Source: Lophium mytilinum
Lineage: Eukaryota
Reading direction: 5' to 3'
Length of the DNA: 64,000 nucleotides
Assembly: GCA_010093605.1 (NCBI GenBank)
Contig: MU004181.1
Location: forward strand, 2,108,001-2,172,000
Part shown: in pieces, positions 38,318 to 52,000 of the stretch
How positions within the stretch are numbered: position 1 is the stretch's first letter
Layout of the letters: each line of letters starts with the position of its first letter
The notes under the pieces: generated by a model
What the model saw: only the letters and a program-made list of their open reading frames with translations
Database searches by the model: none
What the model was told of the DNA's origin: nothing
Position numbers and translations under genes: made by a program

Positions 38318-38420
38318 TGCCTGAAGCGTCGCGCACACGTTTCGAGCAGCGCGTGCGTGATCAGAGTGCAGGCGCCACCAACATTTTTGACGTCTTGGGT
38401 GTGCGACGATGAGATGCCGA
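38318..38420 (+). repeat. Dispersed ~103-bp direct repeat, copy B
   Basis: Aligns by eye with 34857-34958 in the same orientation, with scattered substitutions. Confidence 0.85.
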
Positions 38421-41400
38421 TCGCGCGTTGCCTGCGTGTCGGGCGTTTGATGGATGGGGATTTCAGCTCCGACAGTGCGGGTAAAGGTGGGAGGGGTGCG
38501 CCGTTGGTAGGGCAGCGACAGACGCAGGAGAGGTCTGGGGTGGGATGTTGGTAAACGTTGAAGTGCAGGTGGTGAAGGTGACGCAGGGTCGAAACAGAAG
38601 GCTATAAATGCCGACTGTTTCCTTGCATTAGTCTCGGTGTTAGATGGCAGTCTTGTGCGGTTGGGCATCGAATGGAAAACCATCGCACATTGGACCCGGA
38701 GCGGGTTGGCGTGAATCCTGTCTATATTTAGGCCGCCCATGATGCGCAGCCTTGCTAGAATTAGTGCGAGGGGTAGAGAGATCGCGATTTCAAACAGAGG
38801 CTGCACAGCCATCATGCAATCAGATGTCCAACAGCGGCGGTGGTGGGACTTGCATATTGAGACTTGGGCTGGATGGCTAGAGTGCTTCATGTACCGATAG
38901 TGCGAGTTGGTGCCAGTCTCAAGCTTCATTTGAAGTACAGCGACATACACGTGGACAAGCACGTGACTAGCACAGCTTCTGCCATCTCTTTTAGCCGTGG
39001 CCCGAAGGAAGAGACGAAACGCTACTCTCTGCTTACTTGATACTGTGCGAGCTATCCTTCTCGAATCATGAGTTTCGTTTGTTCTCGTCGGTGTCCGACG
39101 GCGTGTTTGGGAATCGTACGAGCGCAAGTAGTGAAATGAAAGGTTATGCGAGGCGAGGGCCCTGACCATATGTGGGTACGCATATGGCGCACTCGATCCG
39201 CTGGAGCGTGCTCTGCGGGATCGGTCTTCGAGCTGATCCTCCATGTATCGCACTTCGGCTTATGAATGTTGCGAAGATGTCGCGAAATAGTTGTGTTGAA
39301 TGCTTCTGTCGCACGGGAACTACTATGTCCTGCCTCATCAGGTCGCACTGCTTTCGCAAGTAGAGCCCGAGCCGTGGGGCACCAGGTCCAGATGCTGGGA
39401 TTGCCACGTTCCGGATCTGGGAGTCTGACAGTTTGCCAGCCGGCCTCTCCATGCCGGCGTGACCGCGCAGTTCGAAGCATGTCGAGGTGGTCAGAAAGGA
39501 GATTTCGACAGCACGATGCTCACCCAAAAGGGATAAAGGTATGGTACGGATCGGGCGTCCCGTAGCGCGTTGCAGACGCGATATACTTTGGCCTATCGCC
39601 TAATCTCCTGGAAGCCGTTGCGAATGAACGGTGCGCCGCGGCCTTGATCAGCCCACGACACCGACTGGGGCCTGGGAAATGCAGAAGTGCATGTTTGAGG
39701 GGAGTCTTTCGGACTGCGATGGCACGTGGAGGACGGTGCAACGCGCGCCCAGTTCCAGCTGAGGGTGGTGAGCGCATGCTGAGGGTGTGCAGACTGGCAG
39801 GGTGGGCAGCTATTGTGGTAATTTGGGTGCTTGGGTCGGCAGCAAAGTTGAATGCCATCAGTCCGTCCGAGCTAGGGGTGCAGATGTTATGCTTGCCCCA
39901 GGCCCACGTGATGCGTTTGATATTCTGCCCATGCTCTTAGAACGCAAAGCGGATAGCCTTGATCTTCTGAATTAGGTGTCTCTTATAGGTGTAAAAGAGG
40001 ATACAAGTGATCTATGGGGTTTACAGTTAATAGAACTTACAGGTCTGATGAGAGTCTCTGATATGACCCTATTTTACAGCGTCATGAACTTTACCTGCTG
40101 CTTTGCTTCTCCTCTTTGCTGTGAGCCAGCTTGAATGGTCAACGCGGTACCAAACAGCTAGCCAGTGCAGTCTTCAGAGGGTGCGAGTCTATTTACAGAA
40201 GATCTGAAGCATGCGAAGGATGGATGGTGAGGCTTGCTCCAATGGTGCCATCAGGACAGTGGCATTGCAAACTCGCACCCATCGCCCTGGAAGGCTGCGC
40301 TCGAGCCTCACCGGTCAGTGTGGGGCCTGTCCAGGGTGCCAGGATACCAGGGTGCTAGCTCATTGACTGCCGCCGATCCACTTCTGAACCGCCGGCTTTT
40401 GGACATGTTTAGCTCCCCAGAAGTGTTTCCAAATACCACGGCAGCTCCACGTCCGTGGCGAGGGATTGGACAGCGCGGCGTAGATTGTCATAACACCATT
40501 TACGTCCCTGAGCGAGAGTTGTATGAGCAGCGGAGAGATTCGAGCCCGGCTGACCTCGACCCTCGGGCCAATCACTGCATGTTTGAGGATGTTGGGCTTG
40601 TGCGATCTGTTCCCAACGGCCATCCCGCAAAGCCGAGTCCTGTATCAGATTCATCCAGGAGCGGGGCACGGGCTACGCAGCGGCGAGGCCGCGGACAGAC
40701 ACACCTTTCATCGATGCGAAGCGATGCAGCCGCCAGCCTGTCTACCACTCCCGCTCCAGGGATATGGAATCGCTGTCTACGCGAGCACCACGACGACATC
40801 CTCACCAACTGCCCGGCCTTCCGCACCGGTGCGCCTGTGCCCTCCCTCGCCGTGGATGTGGAAGCAGATGGAATCAAAGCAGCGTCCCGTCCTGCATCTG
40901 CCTCTATCATCGATGACGCTCTGTGGCTGCAGGCTATAAGCAGCGAGGGCTGAGCTTGTCACGCAACGGACCGAAAATAGCGCCCTACCTCGACGCCTCA
41001 TGGCCCGAGCGGATGGCATGTGGGTCAGCGTTGTCGAGCTGGGGGGCACTGGGGGGTCTTGTTGGTTCCAGGGGCACAGGGGCTCTTCCCGTCAACCGTT
41101 CACCCTCAGCCCTCTCCTCGTTGACCCGGACCGACCAAGCTTCACGCGGGACGGGGCCATCATGAGCCTCCAGCACAGCCATTGGCGTCCCCCGCATGCC
41201 CAAGCACCTTGCTACAATATCTCCTAGACCCGGCTGCCATGAGTGCACTAACGTCGCCAACACAGCCCTCCTGGATTTATTTAGAGACTCTTCCACAAAC
41301 AAGGCTGGAGCACCGCTCTCGTCAGAGCTCTGCTTGAAGCCACTCTTGGATCGGCGCATCTCCCGCGCTCTTTATTCTTCCTTCACGCGTCGCTCCATGC

Positions 41401-41626
41401 TTATTTCCCCATGACCAGCCCGGCTCCTCTCTGGGACATGACCTCCGGCCTCTTGCTGCTTGCACTCCCTCTTGACTGGCTCTCGACACCGCTGGTCTTT
41501 TCTGGGAACTGATCGTGGGCGCAGTTGTTCCAGTTGAGGCACTACAACACCCAAGATATCAGTTCCAAAATAACAGGTCGCCCAAGCCTCTTTGGATATA
41601 TACCCTTCTGCCCCTTCTCATTAGCT

Positions 41627-44600
41627 ATGGATTCGACCGACGCAAGCGGCCGCCCACTGGCATCCATCGTCCCCCATTCTTCTCAAGGCACCACCACCCA
41701 GTCGTCTTCCCTTCGCAAACGTCGCCGCGACTCGCAGTCTTCTGACGAAAGAGTTAAGTCCTCACGGCGGCGCCCCACATCTAGCAAGGACGTCTTCGTT
41801 GGCCCCCACTCCGGGTCCTCCCGTGGACAAAGCTCTCCCATGCAACGCTCTACTAGCCCTACCAGCAGTATGCAAGCCGATGTCAAGTACACCAGTACTG
41901 GTCGTGTCAGTAAAGCGAAGAAAGGTCTGAAAGTTCACAACTGCGAATGTGGAAGAGTAAGTCTTATATATCCATCCATCTTCGCCTCAGCTCTGTTCCT
42001 TCAGCCTGCAGCTACACTAGCTGAACTAGCTATCGTGGCTGGCGTCACCTTGCCCTCGCCTGTCGCATCAGTTGCTCTTTGAGTATGGCTGGTGTCATCA
42101 GCTCAATGCTTGTGGTTACCGTCGAATAGTTAGCTGACTTCGTCTTAGTCTTATACTCGTGCAGAGCATCTACGGTATGCCCTCTACTTCGACAGCTTGA
42201 ATTAAACGCAGCTAACGGAGTTACTCAGGCGGCACCAGAAAAACCACCAAGATGCCCTGACATGCAATTTTACGGACTGTGGTAAGACATTCTACCGACC
42301 GGACCTGCTACAACGGCATCAAGAACGACAGTGAGCATCCCTGGCCGCGATCACTGTATCTGGACAGTGCTGACCGCTATTAGTAACGAGCCTAGCAAAG
42401 ACGAATCTCGCAGGACCTCGCTATATAGTCAAGGCTCAGCTGCAGAAGTTGAGGGACCACTGACCACTTCAGCGCCCTCGATGTCGTCTTCAACTCCAAT
42501 CGATACCGTGTCGCGGACTCTCGACAACCCGAGTACTTATCTCCCGGTCTCTGTCTCGCCTATGCAAGAACAGACCTCAGACCCAAGGTATACAGCCGCT
42601 CAATTTCTTACTCCTCAGACTCCCACGTCAAAATCCGGCACTTTTCTTCGTCCGTCTACCAAGTGAGTTTCAGTCTGGAGCAACACCTGGCAGCCATAGC
42701 CACCTGAAACCTTCCTTTGTCTTTTCTTGTCGTGTGCCCATCTCAGTATGACTGCTGACGTGATTACGATAGTGTCACCAAGCAACAGCGAGCCTATGGC
42801 GCATCCACTCGGCAGCAGTCATCTGCTATCCCCGCCAGCGTCCACGATGGCATGACCAGCTACAATGGTATCGATTTCAACAACCCTTGGAGTGGTTCTC
42901 CAAACTATTCTTCCTCTAGCGGCTACGCATCTCCTGGTCCTGGCCACGACTATTCAATGTTTGTTGGCCAACCATTCGGGTCAAGTTCCAATCGCACACG
43001 CACTTCTTCCAATGCATCCTTCATTGAACCGACATGGAGCTCCTATCCTTCAACGCGGTCGCCGACCTCTGCGACTTCCACGATGCCGTTCTCGTGGTCA
43101 GGGACGGAAAAGAGTTCACATTTGGGACTGGCGTTACAAATTGTCACGACGTCCGGGGGCTACCCAGTGTCTGGCATGCCTGCTCCAGCAGACATGCCGG
43201 GCTTCCTGATGTATCCGACCCAGAAGACCACTGCGCAAAGAGACGGGGAGGAGCAACAGTTCCTGTTCCCAGAACAGCTTCTCGGTATGGCCGACACCTA
43301 CCAATTCCAAATCGAGCAATATCTTGACAACTACTGGAGGTTATTCCACCCCTCCTTCCCCGTCATACACAAGCCTACCTTCGTAGACGAATCTCCGCTG
43401 CTCAGAGCAGCGATGATTGCGATTGGGGCTCAGTACACGGATGATTCGGGAGCCAAGGCAAAATCCAGGCTTCTGCACGACAAGTGCGTGAAGCTATTAG
43501 ATCAGGTAGAAACCCTAGCGCAGATACCCAAACTTGCTTTCCGCTAACCAACCATGAGTAGCGAGATATGGAAGTCGTGCAATCTTCACGTCTTTGTGAC
43601 TTGCAATCTGTCTTTTTGATCGAAGTTCTGTCCCAGTACCGCGCCCGGCGTGGCGCGAAGATTCTCACAAGAAGGTTTGAAGAAATGTACCGAAAGGTGA
43701 GCACGATGCGCTTAGATGGTTTAATTTCAATGCTGACACATGGCAGCTTTCTCAAGACCCCAAGGTGCAGACTTCAACGACCATCGAAGCCCTCGCCTCC
43801 CGTCCCCCTATCTTAAATGATCAATCAACATACGATCGCTGGTGTCAGTGGATTGAGCTGTCTAGCCGACAGCACCTACTACTTTGCTCTTACATTCTTG
43901 AAACGCAACAAGCCATTCTTTTAGCTCGTCCTCAACAGCATTCTCTTCTGCCACATCTTTCTGGTGACGCACTTCCTTTCCCGACATCTACCCAGCTATG
44001 GGACGTCCCAAGCGCAGTCGACTGGGCCTTCTCTTTGCACCAGCAGCCACAAATGCCAGGATACGTATATGAAGTCACGTCAGATATCACTTCCTTTCCA
44101 TCACTCGATGTGTTCCAGTCTTCGCTGCTGCTAGCGACACATTACAACCACTTCCACGTCTCAACGCCATACCTCCAGGCTCCATCTTATCCACCGATCG
44201 ACCATCTTCTTGACTCGTCTCCTCTCACTCAGCATCATCTTCTCACTGCTCAGTTACTGCAGCATGTTCCCCTACGCGCCCTGCTGGCGGTGTCCGGGGA
44301 GTCGTGGATACTTTCTGAAAAGGTCGCCTCAATAGCCTCATTTGCAGGATACAAAGCAACGCTGAGAACATGGCTGAATGACCTATGGACGCCCGAGGGC
44401 CTAAATGAGAAGCCAGTCCGAGCAGCTTTGAAAGTCGCGATCAACATGTTGCGCCAAGCGATGACTGCTCCCGCTCAGACTCTCTGCTTAGAACCTGGCG
44501 CCGAAATGGCGCTTTACTACGCCGTGCTAGTGGTATGGGCTGTCGCTCTCGCATCAACAACCCGGCAAACCCAAGCGCAAAATCCTCGTCACGCTCAGCA

Positions 44601-45108
44601 CCGTTCTCCGGCTCAGTCACGACGCCCGTCACAAGGGGCTGTTCCGCCCTTCCCAACGCCAGGGTATGGCACTCCGATGAACCTCTCCCAAGGGCCTTCT
44701 CAAATACAGCAGTCGACTAATCCTGCTCACCCGGCCACAACTGGTCTCCTTCCCACCGTATTGGCCTCCCAAGCACGCCCCGCGAACACAAGCAGCATGC
44801 TTCAATCCGACATCACCTTCACGTCTCTGACCTTTCTCAACCTCGCGGCCCATGAGTTAGACACTCTGGGGATCTCGCCCTGGCCTCGCGATCTAGCACA
44901 GTGGCAACAAGGCGTCGGCGCCTTGCTTCGCTGGGCGAAGATGCGACTGCGCAGCGGCGCCATCGACAGCAGGGACAGTGTCGTCAGCACCGGCCCCACG
45001 AGTGGAAGCATGAGCAGAGGCACCGATGGGTTGGGCGAGCTCTTAGATGGAGTCGTAAGCGTGCTCGAGAAAATGATGAGCCGCGGGTGGGAAGGATGGG
45101 GCATATGA
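41627..45108 (+). CDS. C2H2 zinc-finger transcription factor with a fungal-specific TF (middle homology) domain; ~6 introns
   Basis: KYTSTGRVSKAKKGLKVHNCECGR/SYTRAEHLR/RHQKNH..TCNFTDCGKTFYRPDLLQRHQERH, followed by YLDNYWRLFHPSFPVIHKPTF..PLLRAAMIAIGAQY. Confidence 0.9.
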
Positions 45109-45848
45109 GGTCCCTCTTCATTTCAACCCTCCTATACTACTCTTCTTGCGTAGATCTTTTTCACATGTGCGGGCGGCATTAGGGCATTTCCTCTTCATTC
45201 TTCACTTTTCTTTTTTTATCACGGGCTTCTTCTTTTTTCTGGGCGGAAAATTCATTTACGACTTCAATGTTCACGTCATGTCTGTCTCCGATCTCACAAC
45301 CCGTACGCTGTGCTTGTACGGCTATTCACACGCATCGTATTCTGTACTTTTATTCTTCCGTTCGTCCTCAGCGTCTTCTTGACCGACCATTTCCAACTTC
45401 CCATTTCCGCAGACTCTTCTGGGCATAGCATCACGCATTTGGACTTAGACATGTACGAGAGCAAAATGGCGTTAGTCTTGATATACCCTTCGCATATTTC
45501 CAAAATTCAAACTACTTTCCCCATCTTGTTGCTCTTGTCTCTTTTTGCATGCATGCAGCGCTCGCCGCTCTACGTAACTCGATCTCACGATTAGCGACTC
45601 GGCTTTCAGGTCGAGTTTCGTTTTATCATGTACTTATAGTATTCTGCTCCTCAATCGCTGCTTGCAGCTATACTTGCAGTTTTTAAACTTTGTGCTAGCC
45701 CATCGAGTGCATAAGCTAGGCTGACGCCTCAACCTCTCCATATCGCTCCAATACTTCATGAGTGAGTGCACCGAAGCTGACTAGGAAAGCCGACCACATA
45801 ACGCCTTTTTTTTTAGATCCGTGCCCAAACGCATTCCACCACTACTCA

Positions 45849-46236
45849 TCAATACGCTTGCACGTACCACTCCCTATTCTCCAGATCATAGCACCGCCCA
45901 GCCTCCACGCGGTAGGCGGTGGAGTGGCAATCGAACGCCTTGCACAAATTCACTGCGATGGGTCAGAGCTTAAAAGAGCAATCCGGCTTGGGAGAAGAGG
46001 GATTTCGAAGGGGGCTTACCAGTCCCGTCTGACCATTTCAAACTCACGGATCCGGCGCGCACGGGGGTGCACAGTGTGTTCACGGCTTGTTCGAGGGAGG
46101 AGGAGGCGGGTGAGCAGCCGGTGGCGGGGTAGAGGTTTATAGCGGCGAGGTCGAGAGGGGTAGGGGTTTGGAGGGTGCAAAGGGGGTAGGAGAGGGTGAG
46201 GATGAGGATTTTCGCGAGGGGGAGGAGGCGAGGCAT
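45849..46236 (-). CDS. Small secreted cysteine-rich protein (106 aa), candidate effector; intron 45953-46019
   Basis: Hydrophobic N-terminus MPRLLPLAKILILTLSYPLCTLQ. A GTAAGC..CTGAC..CAG intron joins it to VNLCKAFDCHSTAYRVEAGRCYDLENREWYVQAY*. Confidence 0.7.
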
Positions 46237-46609
46237 GATGGGTTGGAGTGGGAGGGTTGGAAGTTTGATGTTTGAGGTGAAGTTTTGGGTATTGGGACGA
46301 CACGTGAAAGGAGTGAGTTCAAAGTTGGGGGGTGATGATATGATATTGATCTATAAGGGTGTAATTTGATGGCATGATTGGAATACACAGAATACAACCG
46401 TATGGATCCACGCTCCAGAGTTTCTAGTGGCGTGCCACTGTTTCCTTGACATTTCTAGGTTGCCGCTGCTAGTATGATTGCAGTAGGTAGTACATTTATG
46501 CAATGAACCAGTAATCTCATTAGACAGCGGCACGAGAAGTTTCGAAGTCAGGTCATTGTGTCGGTCAGTTCAGCGAGGAATTATCACGCTTCGTGATCTT
46601 CAGGCGACC

Positions 46610-47314
46610 CTAGGAAGTTTGCGCAGGTTGCACAACGAGCTTCTCATCATGCCACCGCTTGGAGATGGCATCAAATCCCCTTCTTACCACCTCGGCCTGC
46701 ACACTATCCTCACCAAGCAATCGATATGCCTCGGCGAGAGGATAGAGACCGCTTTCGTACAGCGCCTCGACAGCATCGACGCCGGTCCCTGCAGTCCGCT
46801 TGGGGGTGTACCCCTCCGGCTCCATCTTGACCCTCGATCGCAATGTCAGATCCTGGGGATACTCTGGCGGCATACCAAACAGCGTCGGACCATGTTCGCT
46901 GTCCAACGCCTCTTGATCTGCCGGCGGGAGCGTCTCAGCAATGTACCAGAAGAGGATGTATTGCCGACCCCTCGACAGCTTCATGAGTTGCATGTAGACG
47001 GCTTCAGCCGTCAGAGGAGGCTGCGCAGGACGCGGGTGAGGCTCAGGCTGTAGATGCCGAGTGGGCAGGGGAAGGAGGCGGTTGCGGTAGCCGGACTCCT
47101 CGAAGCCCTCCCTAATAGCGTTTCGGCCAGACTCTTCGCCGATATCTCGTCGGCCTTTAGGGAGGAAGTGGATCTTCTCGCCTCCGTGTATTTCATTGCA
47201 TAGGACGACACTTTCGCTCGCAAGATGGAAGATGGCTACGCCGGCTGCGATAACGAAGTTCTGAGAACCGAAGTTTCTGGTGACGGACTGCTCGTGGGGA
47301 TGCAGGTCGGCCAT
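46610..47314 (-). CDS. Nudix hydrolase
   Basis: Nudix box G-RRDIG-E-ESGRNAI-REGFEESGY matches GX5EX7REXXEEXG. Start taken at MADLHP; an upstream in-frame ATG also exists. Confidence 0.88.
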   Translation of the reverse strand: MADLHPHEQSVTRNFGSQNFVIAAGVAIFHLASESVVLCNEIHGGEKIHFLPKGRRDIGEESGRNAIREGFEESGYRNRLLPLPTRHLQPEPHPRPAQPPLTAEAVYMQLMKLSRGRQYILFWYIAETLPPADQEALDSEHGPTLFGMPPEYPQDLTLRSRVKMEPEGYTPKRTAGTGVDAVEALYESGLYPLAEAYRLLGEDSVQAEVVRRGFDAISKRWHDEKLVVQPAQTS

Positions 47315-47961
47315 AGTTGGGGAAGTGTGGCTGTTGGTGTTGACTAGTTCTTCTGGTGGTGTCTGTGGTTTTGATATGAGGGAAAGGTGTGAAAGTGATG
47401 AATCGTGAGGAGAGATGAAATTGCGGACACGTTTATACATGCTGGAAGTAAGGCTATTGTGAAGGTACAACGCTAAAAATGTGTGGCGATATTGTATTGT
47501 TGTGGGTATGCGTGATGTACATGTTTCCGCAGTTTGTGAGTCACATTCACTGTGCGTGAACAAAACGTGGGAGGAGCTGAAGTGCAGCCTACCCAGACAA
47601 TAGCCGCGTCACGTGCGGCATCCCCAGAAAGATTGGTGATAATTCAATACAACACCATCTGAGGTGGTCCGGCGGATGTTGTTCAACATGGCGACACCCA
47701 GAGTCTCTCGGCTGCCGGCTGTAAAGCTCCGTAGCGTAGGAGCTAGGATGCCAGAAAGTGAATGGGAGTCCTGGTTGCTAGGGTGTTAGCGCACCCACTA
47801 GCGCTGAAATGACGTGAATGGAAAATAACACAACGACAACACTCGAGCTCCTCTCCCAGCGCATACCATCCTCCTCAACCCTCACGCCTCGAGCGCACTT
47901 CTCTCTGTCAACCACCGTCACTCCTTTAATTGCTCCACATCGCGCGCGCGCGCTCACAGCC

Positions 47962-49031
47962 ATGCCGCGACAAGACGCCATCCCCAATGGCATCACCCCG
48001 CCGCCCATCAAGACCTCCCGGCTGCCTCGCGCCCTGCGCTTCCCTCTGCTAGTCATCATCAGCCTGTCGCTGAGCGCCTTCTCCTACTCAGCTGCCTACG
48101 AGCTGCTGGGCTATCGCCTCGGGAGCGTCGCCCGCACCTTGAACGATTCCTGGGGCCCAGTAGCCTTCCTCGGTGCCCGCGTGGCCGAGCTCTACGTCGG
48201 CTGGTACATGCGCTACGACGGTAAGTTCAGCAATCGCATCGCTTCAGTCAGAATCCCCACTAATGCTCTCCTTACAAAGATCTCGACATCTTCAGCCTGA
48301 GCCTCCTCACGCAAGCGCCCAGCCTCTACCTCCTAAACACCTTCTACGCCGTCCCCCTGCCCACCCTCCTCGTGCGCCTGGGCGTCGACGCCCTCTCGGT
48401 CGTGCTCCCTACCAAGCTCCTCCGCCCGCGCTCCGCACTGCACAACCGACGTGCGCCCAAAGCCGCCGTCCCCAACCGCGACATTATCCACTCGCCCACG
48501 GCCGTCTTCACCACGGCCGCTCTCGGCGCAACCGCCTACGGCTTCACCCTCTACGCGGCGCTGCACTCCGGCCTCACCACCTTCATGACCACGCACTTTG
48601 ACCCTACCACTTTCGAGCCCGCGCACGCCGCGACGCTGCAGCTGCTCATCGCGTCAATGCTGCCCGTCGGGTGGGCCGCGCAGTCATTCCTGTTCACGCA
48701 GTCGTTCGGCGCGCAGACGGATCTGGGGGATGCGGCGGGTTCGGCGTTCAACCCCGCGTCGGCAACGCTCGCGGAGACGGTGCAGCACAATGTGTGGGGC
48801 TGGAGCAAGCGGACTAAGGTGCTGGTCACGCAGACGGCCGTGCTAGCGGCGTTGACGGGATCGCATACGGTGCGCATGGCGTGGTCGAACGAGGGGACGG
48901 ATTTGGTGGGCGCGGCGGGATATGCGGGCGTGTGGGTGCTAGCTGAATTGCTGGCAGCCGCGATGTTTGGGTGGGTGGGGGATGTGGGCGAGGTGAAGGT
49001 TGTTAAGGTAAAGACAGTTAAGGAGATCTAA
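47962..49031 (+). CDS. Fungal multi-pass membrane protein of unknown function; intron 48221-48279
   Basis: Two hydrophobic ORFs joined by a GTAAGT..CTAAT..AAG intron; strong GC3 codon bias; FNPASATLAET motif. Confidence 0.8.
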
Positions 49032-52000
49032 ATGATCGAACAAGGGAGGTGGTTAGCTTTATGGGGAGTTAAAGGCTTGAGGAAACGTTACCAAAGGGCG
49101 TGGATTACCCAAGTACCCAATTATCTATCTCGCCAAATGGGGCGAGTTTGAGGGAACGTCAGTTACGGAGTCGAGAGTTAAGGGGCTGGACTGGATTAGG
49201 ACAGTCATGATGACTCCCTCCAAAATAGCACACTCTGACTAGATATAGCTTGGCGTCCCCTTCCGTTAGAACTTATAGTACAATGATAATTACCCCCCCT
49301 GAGTAAACGGCTCTCATCTACAGTGACGATGATCTTATAACGAGTTGACGAGCAAGATGCTGGCGAGTATGAATAGAAGCGTGACAGCGCGCAGAGCATC
49401 ACAGGGAGGGTCGGTGTAACCCATTGAGACGCCCCTTTCTTTCATAGTAGTGCTGTATGATGAATTATATGTGTGCACCGAGCAGCTCGGTACATGTTGG
49501 AAGGGCCCTAACATTTTTGACGCTTAAGAGGGTCCTGTCTATGACCTCGGTGGCCATGAGCAAAGAATCCTGTATTTCTGTTTCTTTCATTCTAGGTATA
49601 CTGAAATAGAAGTATTTGGGCTTCTCTTTTGCTCGCTTGACACCACTGTAAGAAACGCTCTGCCTAGCTTATTGATTTTTCTACCATACTTAGATTCTAT
49701 GGAGCTTACATTCCTCTCTTGCTACCTAGACGCTACTGTCTAAAATACCCCAGCCAGCACATTTTCATTCAGCCAACCGGTAGTCCTATTTCCACTTCAT
49801 TATCTGCGCGAACTCATATTGCTAATTCCACGAATCTGCCATTTGAGAAAGCTATGCTCCGTCCCATTTCCTGCTCACATGACACCGCCGACAGGAGAGG
49901 CCCGGCTAAGTTACTCACTAAAAGAAAGGTAGCCAGTTTGTTGATCTTTGCATCGTCTTTGGCGTTTCGAAGCTTACTAAAGTACCCCATGCAAATGTAA
50001 AGAAGTGACACTGCCTGCGGCAAAGAACGATGATTACAAGCCCTGCAACCGAATTGTTACACCCGACTAGAGAAGCTTTTCGCGGATACTTTTTGTGCAG
50101 CCTTCGCTAATTGATGTACTCTTTCTTGTTCCATGTAGCGAAGAGGGATAGGTAATGTAGGATAATCACATGCAGATTGGAAAGAAGAAGCCGCAGACTT
50201 GTTGAACTCTATTGCGATGATACGAATAATCGACGATGTGATTTCACCCGCATGCTACCATCGAAGCAGACATGGCAGGAGACTTAGAAGATACCCAAGT
50301 CGACAATAGCGCCGAAGAGCAGCACATTTTGATTGTCTCAAATGCAACCCTTTCATGTAAGCATTATTATATCGGAGCCACCTGACCTACCTGGATACTA
50401 CTGTCGGAGCAGATGTGGCAGGAGTGTGGACGACAATGTGGATAAGGCGTTGAGGAGCGCTTGAGCATTTGGACTGCCTTGCATACAAGGCTCATCATAC
50501 CTTTGTCGTCGACGTGGTACACGCTCATGCGATTAAGAATGCAAGCGACATCCACAACAGTCGGGGGCACAGGTTTCGCGGTAATCTTGTTTTCGTGCTA
50601 TCACGACAGGACTTGCGTCGAGGGCATTCATGCATGTCTTCCCACCTACTGAATACGTCCTCCCTCGGCGCCCTGCTGCCGAAGATTAAGGACACACCTG
50701 CCACAGTTTGATCATCGGATCTCTTGGACACTCGTAACACGGCGATACTGGCAGTGGGGACTGGAGTCGATGTGGTGTCGGAGCGGCTAGATATTGGCTG
50801 TCCAGCGCAGCAGAAACAGCTGCCGCATCAGGACGTGAAGTGATGAGGCATGTAGAGGGGTTGTGAACGTCATGTAGGGTACGTGTACCGATAGCTTATC
50901 TGTAATTCTGAATAGAAAGCGAGTCCTATCAGCGAGGGGAGTAAAATGCGCGTCCGGGGTGTGTAACGTCGGCACCGCAGCTCAAACATGCTCTCGGCTA
51001 AAAGACCAGAGGTGAGGAGGAACAGCACACGAGGAGATTCATGCACGCCGGGGACAGGAAGCAGAGCCGAGCATGAGAGACGGCGACACGTGGAGGCGTG
51101 ATGCATGAAGACGGGTGGCTGTTTTCGTTTCAATTCGTTCCCCAAGCACCAAGTGCCGGGCGAGATGCCGTGGAGGTTTGTGTCGCAGCGACTTCGAGCG
51201 CCAGGAAGAGCCAGGAAAGCCTGAGGCCACCCAGACCAGGAGGATGCCGGGAGCGGGTGAGGTGGTATGCATCCAGCACCCGATGGATCGTGGTGGTCGC
51301 CCGGTGGCAGGACAACGCTGTTGCTTCGAAGCGCCTGGCAAAGTCAACAGCAGAGTCATCAGCGCTACAAGGATTGTAAGTGGGTGCTAATAGATAGTAT
51401 AGAGTGCTCTCCCAGGCGTGTTTACTACTGCCGGAAAGGTTGTCGTGAACAAACAAGCGTATCCACAGTATACGAGGCCCGTAACGGGGAGCCGCTGTGG
51501 TGGAGCAGCAAACTCAGCAGAGCCGGAAAGTAGAGGCGCAACGCGTCATGAGTGCTAAGAAGTCCCCAGATTGCGCGCCCAGGCTTGGTCTCGAAGCCGG
51601 AAAGCGATGTTTTCATCATGTTACCCACTAATACTAGCTATTACTGGCTCGCTTCTACTTGCACGTGATGTGGAGCTGTACCAAATTCAAAGCGTCTAGG
51701 CGAGATTGAGTACCCCTTCTGCCTAAGAGAGGGAAGAGAATACTTAGTAAGGTGGGTCAGGCGCAGGTCATTTCCGTTTAGTAACCGGTTAGGCTCTTTT
51801 GACCGCCAACCCTACCTACTCCAGCAGCCTCGCAAGCCCTCCCGAGGTCTGAAACATGGGTTAAGTGGGCAAGAAGTGAGTGGGCAGGGAGTCGTCCTTG
51901 GCCGCGCCGGCGGTTTCATTAAGGCGCCAATCAAAGCACGCAGGCATTGCCCCAGTCCGCCAATCTGTGGTGATCCTCATCCTGCTCTCCTGTCTGCGAG

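Noticed and set aside
39052..39480. ISRHLRNIH as a BED-finger fragment of a hAT transposase
   Set aside because: No proper CxxC pair, no transposase core and no TIRs; too weak to call.
47941..47952. (CG)6 run just before the 47962 start codon
   Set aside because: Too short to argue for Z-DNA or any function from sequence alone.
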